Positions 1 to 13,205 of a stretch of 64,000 nucleotides of DNA are shown here, piece by piece. A program made the position numbers and the translations under genes. This DNA is from Leucoraja erinacea (Eukaryota). The notes below the pieces were generated by a model. That model saw nothing but the letters and a program-made list of their open reading frames with translations. It was not told the DNA's origin and did no database searches. The stretch is from assembly GCF_028641065.1 (NCBI RefSeq), contig NC_073382.1, positions 7,316,001 to 7,380,000 on the forward strand. Direction: 5' to 3'. Position 1 is the first letter of the stretch; every line of letters begins with the position of its first letter.

Positions 1-250
1 TCATAGCCTCAGAATTAAAGGACCCGTTCTTTTAGGAAGGAGATGAGAAGGAATTTCTTCACACAGGGTGGTGAATCTGGAATTCTTTGCCACAGAAGGC
101 TGTGGAGGCAAAGTTCGTGGATATATTTGTGGCAGAGATAGATAGATTCTTGATTAGTGCAGGTGTCAGAGGTTATGGGGAGAAAACAGGAGAATGGGGT
201 AGACTTGATGGGCCAAACGGCCTAATACTACTCCTAACACATGATATGAT
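1..250 (+). mobile_element. CR1 LINE 3' fragment
   Basis: Diverged ORF2 C-terminus (FRKEMRRNFFTQ..VNL..SLPQKAVEA) followed by the CR1 3' UTR (gggccaaacggccta..ctcct). Confidence 0.85.
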
Positions 251-271
251 AATTTGTGATGCTCACATATA

Positions 272-490
272 AAAACCATATAACAATTACAGCACGGAAA
301 CAGGCCATCTCGGCCCTACAAGTCCGTGTCGAACAAATTTTTTTTCCCCTTAGTCCCACCTGCCTGCACTCATACCATAACCCTCCATTCCCTTCTCATC
401 CATATGCCTATCCAATTTATTTTTAAATGATACCAATGAACCTGCCTCCACCACTTCCACTGGAAGCTGATTCCACACCGCTACCACTAT
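272..490 (-). mobile_element. CR1 LINE 3' fragment
   Basis: Reverse complement of the same subfamily as 2868-3147 (tail gttatatggtt). Confidence 0.85.
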
Positions 491-2125
491 AACCTTTCCA
501 TTACTCCATCAAATAAATTAACTGAATTGTGCTGAATGTCCATTTTTTCCAGTTAAATCTATCCCTAATTATTGTTTGAGATTATTCTCGCCACCATACA
601 GGTCCTTCCTGGGATATGAGGACATCAGTTTCAGTTAGACTTGTCATTCCTCTGTTCTAGGTCTCCATCTCTGGTTTCTATCTGTGGGTGTTTGTCTTGC
701 TCTGTCTCTACATTCCCAGATTCTCCATGCCCGTTCCAGGTTTGGTTAGCACTTAAATTGTGTTTCCAAGGCTCATCTTTGTCCAATTCCTTTTCTCCTC
801 CAATGAGAGAGTAACTCATTGATCCATTCTGTCCATCTTGGTCCGTTTGCAGCTGGAGTTTTGGTTGCTGTAGTATTGCCTCCTTTATCTAATTAAATTG
901 TGTAGCAACCAACTTATAGGTGCTGAGCCAGTCGGGTACAAAATTGATCTCTCCTGACTTATGCAAAGACATAATTCTCTGCCTGGGTCTCATACCTAGG
1001 TTTACTCACTTGAGCATTTCCCTGTTTTTAATCCAAGTCTCAAATTATCCCTTAGAATAAACCCACTGTTGCCTATTTCAAGGCAACCAGATGGCCTGTC
1101 TTTTACATTTATTTTGCCTCTGAGACCTTGGCTAAAATGGGAACCATTTTATCAATATATGAAACCTGCTTATTGCGGTTGAGTGTGTCATATTGGGATA
1201 GCTCATGCTGGACTAGTTACAACCTGCAGTTGCGTTTATTTCAGAGTCTTAACTGCTACTATTGCTCAAAAAAATTGTCGTCGTGCACTGGAGTTTTGTG
1301 CAAAAACTTTAAAGTACATTGCCAAACTTGTCATTTTCTTGCCCTTTCTACCGCAATTCTATATTTTGAGGCTAAACAGTAAAATACAAAGTAAAATACA
1401 ACAAAAGTAAATCAAATGAATGACTCTGCTAATCATTGCATGAAGTGCCAATCTTCAGAGGATGTTGCACTAATCAGCCTACGTCTGATGAAACCAAAAC
1501 TGCAGATGCTGGCTAAAACACAAGGGCCGCAAGTGCTAGAGTAACTCAGCAGGTCAGGCAGTCACTCTGGTGAACATGAACAGGAAGAAGGTACTCGATC
1601 CTTAACGCACCTAGCCATGTCCTCCAGGGATGCTTCCTGACCTGCTGAGTTACTCTAGCACTTTGTATCCTGTTGAGCCCACATCTGTACTGCTTTAATA
1701 TCTCAACGTAAATAAATTCATCATGACTTTTCATATTTTTTTGCATAACAATTGATTTTCATTGTGTCATTTTGTTAAAAACAATGTATTGGCAATACAA
1801 GGACTTTCTAAATAGCCAAGCCTGGGCTCTCGGCTATTACTTAAACTGACATCACTCAATGTTAAATGTCAAAAGGGCAATGCAATTGGTTCACTTTGTT
1901 CTGAGTATTCTGATGGTGGTTCATCAGGTTCAACAGAACTTTCAGGAGACCTTAGAAATGTTTGCTGATTGCATAAGCATGTCAGATAAACAAGGCTACT
2001 GTACATTCTTCTCAAATGCAGACCTACGTCACTTCACTATTTTAGTTTTCAGATCTGTAACATCCTAGATTCCATGGGTATATAGGTGAGAATTGTTGCC
2101 AAATGTTGCCATTTCTCTGGCTATA

Positions 2126-2368
2126 GGGCGGCAGTGGTAGAGCTACTGTCTAACGGCACCCGGGTTCGATCCTGAATACGGGAAGCAGAATGTACGGAGT
2201 TTGTATGTTCTCCCCATGTTCTGCACGAGTTCTTCTCTGAGATCTTCGGTTTCATCCCACATTCCATAGATGTACAGTTTGTAGGTTAATTGGCTTGATA
2301 TAAAATGTAAAATTGTCCCTGGTCGGTGCTGATTGGTGGGCCAAAGTGTCTGTATCAATAAACTAAAC
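2126..2368 (+). mobile_element. tRNA-derived SINE (V-SINE/HE1-like)
   Basis: B-box ccgggttcgatcc; central gtacggagtttgtatgttctcccc; tail taaactaaac. Confidence 0.85.
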
Positions 2369-2867
2369 AGTCGAGTATTTATAATCTTCCAAAATATTCT
2401 TGACTGGGCATACTGTAAATTGGAAAAATGTGCAGAACTGGTCTTGAACCTGATTCTTTTTATTTGAAGAAGTGACTTAAGTGATGGCAGGGACTGTTTA
2501 TGGGTATTATTAACAAACTTTTTGATACCATTTGTTAAAATCCTTCTTTATATACTGTAATTAAAAGATGTAGGTCTTGCATTTGGAGACAATTTATTAG
2601 GAAATTGGTGAGCAGGGGAAATTGGCAATACAACTAATGGATGGCTTTTCAAATTTCCTGGATGTGGCTTGCATTGCTTTACAGGGTTCAATGATGGAAC
2701 TTAAGTTCTCTATTGACACATTATCAATGGAGTTGATGACACTATATTCAAGTTTGCTGATCATACGTGGTATTATGTTTAATTACCTGTAATACATAAA
2801 GAATAACAAGTGATTTGTTATTGGTGACAAGTGACAGGTTAAATGGAGAAATTATTTCTGGTGGTGA

Positions 2868-3147
2868 CTTGAGAATTAAGGGACAGAAGTTTAGGGGTAA
2901 CATGAGGGGGAACTTCTTTACTCAGAGAGTGGTGGCTGTGTGGAATGAGCTTCCAGTGAAGGTGGTGGAGGCAGGTTCGTTTTTATCATTTAAAAATAAA
3001 TTGGATAGTTATATGGATGGGAAAGGAATGGAGGGTTATGGTCTGAACGCAGGTGTATGGGACTAGGGGAGAATACGTGTTCGGCACGGACTAGAAGGGT
3101 CAAGATGGCCTGTTTCCATGCTGTAATTGTTATATGGTTATATGGTT
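2868..3147 (+). mobile_element. CR1 LINE 3' fragment
   Basis: FRGNMRGNFFTQRVVAVWNELPVKVVEAGS; tail ttgttatatggttatatggtt. Confidence 0.9.
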
Positions 3148-3369
3148 GGAAACCACTTAAGAGAACTGTTTAAAAATTAGATTCCAATCTTTGAGAAATG
3201 CAGCATGTGCTGATAGCTGGAACATTCTTCCAATTAATGATAGGATAGATCAGAGATTTTTATTAACTCAAGGTATTAAGAATTACTACAAGAAGCAGAA
3301 GTAGGTTATTCACATTTAGTCAAGAGTCAAATCAAGGGTGTTTAAATTGTCATATTCACTGAAATACTG

Positions 3370-3645
3370 AAATTCTTATCTCTACTCATCCACGCCGATC
3401 AAAATGCCCCATCACGTGTAGTCCCACATGCCTGTATTTGTCCCATATCCCTCTAAACCTGTCCTATCAATGTACCTGTCCAAGCATCTTTTAAATGATG
3501 TTATAGTATCTGGCTCAATTGCCACCTCTAGCAGCTTGTTCCATATACCCACCACCCTCTGAATGAAAACATTGCTTCTTGGGTTTGCATTGAATCATGC
3601 CTCTTTCACCTTAAACATATATACTCTTGTTCTTGATTCCCCTAA
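3370..3645 (-). mobile_element. Old CR1 LINE 3' fragment
   Basis: Diverged match to the other CR1 3' ends (tcccatatccctctaaacc.., cttgttccatatacccaccaccctctg). Confidence 0.75.
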
Positions 3646-5776
3646 GCTGTGTAATTTGCTTATAGATACAGGTTCCAGAGGGATTACACAGAAGGTAGGA
3701 AGGAAACCAGAAAGCAAAGTACAGCTACAACATTTAAAATTTCAGAGCATTTGACAGAACTGTAAATAATAGTAAAATCAGAGGAGCATGCTAAGAGTTG
3801 CACAAGTTAAACCTACAAGTAACAAAAATGATAGGGCATAAATATTGTACAGTTTATTTTGCCTCTAGCAGTAGAAATTGCAAGATGGGTATGATGTCTA
3901 CCAGGGAGATTTCAGAGTGAAGAGGTAATTGGAAATCACTTGAATGTATAACGAAGGATGTGTAAGGCAAAAGGCTAACTGGTCGATGGTCACCCAGAGT
4001 AGTTCAGTTCTTAAAATGTGCCCAAAATACATGTACACATAGGGAATATTTCCACATTTGGCACTTAATCTCAGCCATTTCGTGACAGGGTGTGATGCCA
4101 TAGCAGGAATAAATGAAAAATGTTGACTTGGCATGGGGTGTGTCTCTCAGGTAATTATATCTACCATTAGCAATCGTGCAGGTGATTTCATCTGGGCTTT
4201 GTTGTACATTCTGTACGCTGCGTTACTAAATTATCTGGGTGCTGGTGGCGTGGTGTCATCTTCGGCATGGGAATGTGTGGGCCTGTCCTCTGCATTCCTT
4301 GGTGTCAGTTTCAAGTTCCTCTTACAGCAGCAGTCAGGTGATGATACCTGACCACCTGATTGGAACGTGATTGTAGTGGGGAATCGGTATTTCTTTGGAA
4401 ATTGGCCTCGGGATTGCCTTGGTGCCATGGTCATATAAGTCTGGTGTAGGGAAGTAAAAGATCAATGAGGGACTTCCCCTGGGATTGGTGTCTTCCGGTA
4501 TGGGTGTCAAGTCTCATTGTGGTTTGGTGCCTGGATGTGATGGTCTATGAGAAATTACTATACTTGAAATGTGCGGTGTGAATCACTGACATCAAGTAGT
4601 TGACATCACCTCTATGGTATCTTTGAAAAACTGGTTCTGATTAGTTATGTAATAAAGGGTGTGGTCCGGTTCAATTGTATTTTGGTTTTTAATTTGAGCT
4701 CGTATCTACCACAGAGGTAGTAGATGCATCCGATTTCCTGGAGTTTTAAAACAGAGTTTGTTAATTGCACCATTGCGATACCCATTTTATATTCTACAAA
4801 TGGTGAATTGATCCAGAAATACTCTGTCATATCAGGTTGTGTAAAGTAAATGTAATTTTGTAGCTCTGTAATTAAGTGTAATAGTTTTTAAAGAGAATTG
4901 TGGCTCTTTTCACAGGGAATTTAAGGTAAATAAAATATTAAAGTATAGTCATTTTGTGTAGGAAAGAACTGCAGATGCTAGTTTGAACCCGAAGATAGAC
5001 ACAAAACACTGAAGCAACAGCAGATCAGACTGTGTCTGAAGAAAAGGAATAGTTGTTGTTTTGGGTTGAGACCCTTCTTCAGACTCTTAGTAATTCTGAC
5101 TGAAGAAGGGTCTCGAAATGTAATTTGATGCTTTATTTAAAAATATTTCAAGTATTGTTGTGAGTTTTGAAATATTTTACATTGAAAGAATTGTAAAGTA
5201 TCCTGCACCTTCTCAGCAGGCTGGCGGCTATTTCGAGAGCCTAGCCAAATCACAATAGCTACTAAATTAGTCATCCGGAGGCTGTCAAGTAAAGTTATTG
5301 TTGACTGTTGAAAAGTGGCAAACGCTGATTGGCTGTTTCAGATGGGATGTTCCACCAGTTGTAATCTTGTATGTGGATACACCTTGCTACAAAAGGAGAA
5401 ATATTTCGACTATTACAATTATAGTGCAAGAAAAATATGATAATTGATGACAAGTAATACGCCACAAGGCAGTAATTTAATCATGGTTTTGTTGGTATTC
5501 TAGATTTTGTGAACTTTGGTCCTGTGGTTTGTGTCTGTCACATTGAATACTTTTATAGTTCTTTGTAACCTGTGACATTTTGGAATTGGGTTTTAATTTA
5601 TGGGGCCAACATTGTTTTCAATGTCGTTTGTAAATATTCCCTGCACTTTGAAGTACACAGTATTTGGAGTTAGCTAGCAAGTCCATGTAGCTGGGCCTTA
5701 CAAACTGAATAGATTCCTTTTATAGTTTTTGTTGTCTGGAAGAAGGTAGGAGCCTGGGAGTTGACATTCGTGTCTT

Positions 5777-6197
5777 ATAGAAACATAGAAAATAGGTGCA
5801 GGAGTAGGCCATTCGGCCCAGCGAGCCTGCACCGCCATTCAATATGATCATGGCTGATCATCCAACTCAGTATCCTGCACCTGCCTTCTCTCCATACCCC
5901 CCGATCCCTTTAGCCACAAGGGCCACATCTAACTCCCTCTTAAATATAGCCAATGAACTGGCCTCAACTACCTTCTGTGGCAGAGAATTCCACAGATTCA
6001 CCACTCTCTGTGTGAAAAATGTTTTCCTCATCTCGGTCCTAAAAGATTTCCCCCTTATCTGTAAACTGTGACCCCTTGTTCTGGACTTCCCCAACATCGG
6101 GAACAATCTTCCTGCATCTAACCTGTCCAACCCCTTAAGAATTTTGTAAGTTTCTATAAGATCCCCCCTCAATCTTCTAAATTATTCTAAATTCTAG
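5777..6197 (-). mobile_element. Young CR1 LINE 3' fragment
   Basis: Open 101-aa frame RGDLIETYKILKGLDRLDAGRLFPMLGKSRTRGHSL..VVNLWNSLP; tail tttctatgtttctat. Confidence 0.93.
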
Positions 6198-6374
6198 CGA
6201 GGTGAATGCCCATCGTATATGGGGACAACCTGTTCTACCAAAGATGATGTCACCTTTTTCAGGGGGTATCTGCAATTACCTCTGCCATCTGTAGCTAAGC
6301 TCCAATGAATAATAGTTGCATATCACTGTCCCAGAAAGCATTACATACCAGTTTATCATATATGAAGAAAGATG

Positions 6375-6708
6375 CACAAGATATTTTGAGAGGACTAGAT
6401 GGGGTAGATGCACAGATTCTCTTGCCCAGAGTAAGGGAATTGAGGATGAGAAGACATAGGTTTAAGGTGAAGGGGAAAAGATTTAATAGGAATCTGAGGG
6501 GTAACTTTTTCACACAAGGTGGTGGGTGTATGGAACAAGCTGCCAGAGGAGGTAGTTGAGGCTGGGACTATCCCAACTTTTAAGAAACAGTTAAGACTTG
6601 TTTGGAGAGATATAGACCAAGTGCAGGCAGGTGGGACTAGTGTAGCAGGGATATGTTGGCTGGTGTGAACAAGTTGGGCCGAAGGGCCTGTTTCCACACT
6701 GTACCACT
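6375..6708 (+). mobile_element. CR1 LINE 3' fragment
   Basis: ILRGLDGVDAQILLPRV..RHRFKVKGKRFNRNLRGNFFTQ. Confidence 0.9.
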
Positions 6709-8182
6709 ATATTTTTGAGGTGTTTTCATTGAACCATGCTTTTGGGGAGACCCCTTTTGGAGAGTTAGCTTCACTTTTTGTACCTGCATTCAATGGCCTG
6801 GCCTTTTTGACTGCTTAGAGTCTTTTAGGTTGTTTTATGTGTTGTGCATAGATTGGCTTTAAAAAGTAGCACCTCTCACATCAGTGTATTTATTTTAATG
6901 AACTAGTTTCTCAACAGGTGAGGTTGGAAGTTTCAAATTGCAAAAATCCAAATGGAGCTGCGCAGTTAAAAATCAGGATAACTAAGAATAGAGCAATTTT
7001 ATGCACATTCCTGGGAGCTTGGCATCTGTCAGGAAACTTGTTACATTTTGTTGAGATTGTTTGAGATATTTTATGTTTTTTGACATACAACTTGCCCAGA
7101 GGTCTGCAATACTTGTGCAACCTGCAATTCTTTCTGCATCTCATTATTCTGAAAGATGATTGTTCTTATTTACTCTTGGAACATATTTTACTTATCCCAT
7201 TTTCCTTGCAGCTGTGCTGTTTAAAGCACTAATACTCTATTCTTGGTGCTCTCAAATCTGACTTGTGAGCCCAAATGAAATCCCAGCTGTGCCTCGTGTA
7301 TTTTGCCTCTGAGGTCAGGGTCATTGTCACTCTCGGCTTCTGAGCCTCTGGGTCATTTATGACTGCTGCTCTGACATCTCACTGTTTCCTAGGTAGTTCA
7401 CCAAACTCTATTTAAAGAGTGAAGACATTTCTCCAGCTCACTGGAGCAGCAAAATGGATGTGCAGGCCTCCCACATTGCAAACATGTAGAAGCTCACATA
7501 TCGTTCTGGAGGCTTCCTTGGCAATTTTTTGCCAGGAATGCCTTGCTGAAGAGTTTCCTTGGTTTCCTAAATGCAGTCGGCAAAGGTTATCCCTCTTGTA
7601 CACACTGTTTTTCAACAGCCTGCCAGGTTGCCTTGACCTCCGAGGTGCATCCCTCCTTTGCCCTTTCACCCTCGGCATTCATTCTTTGGCAACACTGCCT
7701 GGGCTTGTATTTGTCTCTTAATGACTAACTGGAAAGATTTGCTCCTGTTGTGCTAACAGTGGCAACGTTGAAAATTTGCAAACATTGCACCATGATGAAT
7801 CTGACAATCAGTGTGTGACAAATAAGGACATTTATCACTATTAAATTTACAGTGGTAATTGTTTCTCTCTCTAATGCTGTTTATGAAAGTTGTCTAGTGT
7901 GGCCATAATTATTTTTTTAATGGCAAACTAGGCACAAATCAATTTAAGGGGCATCAAATGCAAATCAATTTCTTTATTTTAATTGGGATTCTCTCCACAA
8001 CGTCATTCCATCCTGGTATTCACTGCTACCAGTTAATTCAAATCGGGTTTATTTCCTACTTCTATTTTGTAGGTATAATCAACACCATTCTAGAACTAGT
8101 GCCATAAATTGATCTTCATGTAGTCTGGAAATAGACTTACTTGAAAAAGTTAATATTTCAGTTTAACAAATCTAGAATCTAC

Positions 8183-8393
8183 GTGTGGGAAGGAAATGCA
8201 GATGCTGGTTTAAGCCGAAGATAGACACAAATAGCTGAAATGACTCTGCGGGTCACACAGCATCTCTGGAGAAAAGGAATAGGTGCAGTTTCGGGTCAAG
8301 CCTGAAGAAGGGTCTCGACTGGACACGTCACCGATTCCTTTTCTCCAGTGATGCTGTCTAGCCCGCTGAGTAACTCCCGCTTTATGCGTAAAG
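8183..8393. mobile_element. Palindromic Penelope-related short element
   Basis: Inverted dimer of the same unit, flanked by ctagaatctacgt / ctagaacctatgt. Confidence 0.8.
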
Positions 8394-11300
8394 CTAGAAC
8401 CTATGTATGTTTTGTGAAATGGTCGAGAGGATAGAAGGGACTTGTTGGTCTATTAGACAGCGAGGAAGAAACCTTTGGACAGGAAGTGGAAAATAAAACG
8501 GGTCTTCTACGCAGTATTTTGTTAGCGACTAATGATGTGGTCTAATGAAACTCCCTGCATGTACGTACATTAATTAGGTCATCAAGACCCTAACTTTGAA
8601 ATTCCAACCTCCTGTGATTATTCTCCTCGAAGACTGCTTAAAACCTCTAGCCAAGCACTTGATTGCCTATGCAATTGTCTTATTCACCAACTTCCTAGTC
8701 GTTTTTTTTTCTCTGTTGTTTATAATGCCTTGGCACACTTCTAAATATTCTATGTTAGTTCAAATTGCTGTGATGTCTCATCAGCTTAAATACATTTACA
8801 TTTTTATTTGCACCTGATGATTGCTCAAGGCAGGCCATGATGTAGTGCAGCAAAGCATAACTTTACCTGTAAGTTTTTGTGGGAAATCAAAGCCCAAATA
8901 GATGAATTAAAATAAATGGATGTCATCTTGGGCAAGTTGCAGATTTATTAAATAAGATACAGGGTGAATCAGGAATTTTAATTATAGCTCTGATATTAGA
9001 CACTGGTTTTTATGGTTTGCACTTTACCTGGTGAATCATGGTGTGGTTATGATAATGCTCGACAAACATTCATACGGTTGTTTAGTCATAAGAAACACGA
9101 GACAAGGAATTATAAAAATGATTGTAATCTGCAGATGGTTTTTGATCCACTTTCAATTTTTGTCAACATACATTCATAAAATTACTTAACTTACCATTCC
9201 TTGTGGGGATTTTCCCATAACAGCAATTTTCCTCTGAATTCAGTATAGTAGGTGATTTCTTCATCTCCTAACGTGTATTGTTTTTTTTTAAATTTCCTGA
9301 GAATTTGTAAATGACCAAAATAGGCGTCTGGTGATTGCTTTTTAATTAGAATGTTGGCTCCTTAAATCGCTCCCAGAAAAGCCTCTTTAGGCTGTGAATT
9401 ATTTGACCTTGATGTGAAACTTCAAAACAGTTTGATAAATGATTGAAGAGAAAACAACATTTTTCTTTATTAGATTGATGCAGATGATAGGGCTAATTGA
9501 ATATCTTTCACTACATTGAGAATCATTGTTATGGGCTGAATAATGATCTGCGCTATATAATGATCAAAGTGATTTTTTTTTTTTAGAGCAAATTATGCTT
9601 AATTCAATTATAAATTTATAAATATACTAGATTTAATCATGTGATAGTTTGGACAATGTTGGTGATCATCTTAAAGTGTAGCTTCCTTGAAATTCTTGTA
9701 AATATCTTTTAATCCAGTTATCACTGGGATAAATTTAGAAATTTCAGTAAAAACTAATGGGAAGCAATTTTTAAAAGCAATATTAACATTTCCTGGCACA
9801 GTTTGAATTTGTGTAAAGTTAGTAAGCATCAGATGCCTATTAATTAAGCAAGGGCTTATTGGATCAGTGATGCTGTTTTGTGTTCTGCTTTTGTTCACCA
9901 TTTTACATGTTTTATTGTGTTATATGACAAGCTTTCCCAAAAAATGCATCTTGTATAATATTGGAAGGTGGAGAATAGTTGGTGTATTAGAGCAGTTTGA
10001 ATTGCAGATGTGTTTGAAGATTCAAGAGCTTATTGTCATGTGTCCCAGACAGGACAATGAAATCCTTGCTTTGCTTCAGCACAACAGAATATAGTAGACA
10101 TGAATACAGAATGAGAAGATATTCTTATTGAAGATATTCTTGGGTTTCGAAATTCTTTTGATACTAGTTTGCGTAGTTGGTGAAAATAAGGGTCCTACAG
10201 CGCGCACCTGTTTTGTGCACTTTGATAAATAGAAACTAATGAAAGTTGCTTTTTAATTGAACTGAAAGTTTCAAATTATTTATGCTTGTAGCTTTTAGGC
10301 ATCACTTAAGTTGCAGGTGTCCTTTTCGGGAAGTGGTGAAAGTTTGAATACGTATTGCATGTACTGAAAATAATTCAATATTTTGTTTAGCCATTGAGTA
10401 GTAACAATGCACTTAGAGTTGATGGAAATTTGATGTGTATGGTGGATATGTTAAAATTACAATTTGATACCAAGAGATAGTAACTGCTGCAGACAAATCT
10501 TCTACTACATATTAAATTAATTTAAATTTTAATGCATATCTTAAAACATACTATCACCTCCACCAAGCCTCAATAAACAGCAGAAACGCAAACACCTGCC
10601 ACTGATTCTGTCCTTTTGACTTTGTGATTTCTCTCCCCCCCACCCCATTAAAAGTTGTTCTAAAATGCAAATGTTCTGTAGTTCCCCCTTTCGTAACTGG
10701 CTGAGGGCCTACAACATGCTCTCTTGACCTTCTCATCATCCTACTTCTCCATCTTAATTGCTTCTCAGTTCATTTACAGTTAGAGTTCTCTTTTCACCAC
10801 AATAAAGGCAACTTTTCAAAGTCGTATGTTCTGTAATGTATCTCATCACCTTGCAGCCTCGTAATAATTGTCCAAACCATCCACCTGTAAGCTCCCTTTG
10901 GATTTTAAGTTGAGTGGGACCATTACCTGGATTCCATTCATCCCTTCGAGCATTTATCAAGTTTTACTCAGTTTGTGCGGCTCGATCATGTTGTAATATG
11001 ACCTCCCAACTTCTACACTCAATGCTGACTGCTGAAGATCCAGTGTGCCGAAAGCCATTTTGACCACCTTGTCTACCTGTGATGCCACTTTCAAGGAACT
11101 ATTTACCTGCACTCCATAATGAGTGGCGATATTTTAGCAGTTTTGTGAAGCATTTTGATTTCTGAAACTGACTGTAATTTACTGTGCTCTCCTGCTCTTC
11201 TCAGTTCTATTTTTAATTTGTTTTTCTAGCAGATTCTATTTGCACAAAGCAAGTTATGTTTTAAAAAAAAAAGTTAAATACAATTAAATGTGCCCAAACA

Positions 11301-12151
11301 AGTAATACTGCTTTTTTACAAAGTCCTATTGAAATCCTACTTTGCTCTGAGCAATTGAGTGTCTTACATTTCAGAATCCTTACTTTGCATAAATTATCCC
11401 ATACATTTTAAAACATTCTTTAAATTAGTAATAATATGTTTCATTGTATTCATTAATGACTTCTTACAATATTAATTATTAGTTTGATTATATATATATA
11501 TATTATTTTGATTACTGGATCAATTAAAGAATTGTAGCAATATGACATGGGTTGCTATGGGAAATGGAGAAACCAGCTTACTGACAGCAAAAGAAGCCTT
11601 GCAAAACCTGGGGACCTCTGGTGATTCTATGGTATGAGGTCAGAATCAAACCCTGGGTTTCTGGTGCTGTGAGGTAATGGCCCTAAGTTTGTGTATGACA
11701 TTTCAAGAGTAAATACTTCTGCACTCAAGAAATGGTAGAAGTTTAGAGTCTCCTTTCACAAATCAGTGATTAATTTTAATTCTTCACAAACAGCAACTCA
11801 GCATTTAAACCAAGGTTTCATCCAATTGTCAAGTAGAATGCTAAAGATTGTTTTAACAAACTTTTTTGGCCCCCAGCTCCTTTTCATTCTTCCCCCAATC
11901 ATTATTACAAATGCCGATTAACCTGTCAATTAATTTACTGCTTGTTTCTGATCCATCAGCTGTGGTGTTGCTCCCCTACTGCCTCAATTTTTTAAATTGT
12001 TATGTTAATGGTGTGAAATGTTTCCGAATGCTTTGATAAAGCACCTTGATCATGTTTTCCAAAGTTATACTGTCTCAAGTCCCATTACAGTTTGCATTCT
12101 GAAGTTTTGTTTAGATGAATGTAGTTATTTTCCAGCATTTGATACAGATAA

Positions 12152-12570
12152 GTTAGTCATACAGCAGGTAACAAGCCCTTCGGCCCAATTTGCCCGTACC
12201 GACCAAGATACCTCATCTTCACTAGTCCCACCTGCCTGCATTTGGCCCATATCCCTCTAAACTTTCTTATCCATGTACCTATCCAAATGTCTTGTAAATG
12301 TTGTTATTGCACCTGCCTCAACTGCCCACTTTGACAGCTCATTCCTGCGGTCCATGTGAAAAGGTTGTCCCTCCGGTCCACATTAAATCATTCCCCTCTC
12401 AACTTTAGCTAATGTCCTCTGGTTCTTAATTCCCCTGCTCTGGGTAAAATAAACTCTGCATCCACCCTATCTATTTCCCTCATGATCTTATAAACCTTTA
12501 AAAGATCTCCCCTCATCTTCCTGCACAACTAGGAATAGTCCTAGCTTACCTATAGCTCAGGCCCTCAAGA
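12152..12570 (-). mobile_element. CR1 LINE 3' fragment
   Basis: Same subfamily as 48967-49440, more diverged. Confidence 0.8.
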
Positions 12571-12599
12571 CCGGAGGACCAGACCATTTCCATTTTCCT

Positions 12600-13205
12600 G
12601 ACCACCACAATTTATTTTATCGTCAAATCTTCCTTACACCCAACTGCCTTGACCTTCACTCTTTAACAAGAACATGCATACCCCAAACTCTTGTCATCAC
12701 ACTTTTAAAAGCATCCCACTTTCTCGACATTCCTGTGCCCGCAGCCAACTTGCTCCAATGAACTTGAGCATGTTCCTGTTTAATACTGTTTTACGGTTAC
12801 CTTTCCCCAATTCAGAATTTTAACTTGCATGTTTGCTGTATTTTTATCCATAACTATCTTAAAGCCAATAGATCCAAAACAGTGGCTGCTGGTCCCAAAT
12901 GGTTCGGCCACAAGCACATCAACCACTTGCCCGTCCCAATTTCCTAAAAGTAGATCGAGCTTTGCCTGTTCTTGTGTCGGGCCCTCTAAGTATTGCCAGA
13001 GGAAACTTTCCTGAACACATTTGACAAATTCCATCCCATTAAAGTCATTTGCACTTTGAGAGTCTCAGCCTATTTTGGGAAAGTTGAAAATCCCCATCTA
13101 AAACAACATTATTAGTCTTGCAGCTGCCTGCAGTCTCCTGGCATATTTGCTCTTCTAACTCCCATTGACTATTTGGGGGCCTGTAGTATACTCCCAGCAA
13201 GGTGA
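12600..13205 (-). mobile_element. CR1 LINE ORF2 endonuclease region (second part)
   Basis: LLGVYYRPPNSQ..VVLDGDF and FVKCVQESFLWQYLEGPTQEQAKLDLLLGN. Confidence 0.88.

Noticed and set aside
4916-4925. 10-nt micro-exon (ttttcacag GGAATTTAAG gtaaat)
   Set aside because: Would shift the frame and has no similarity to TMEM131; such motifs arise by chance in AT-rich introns.
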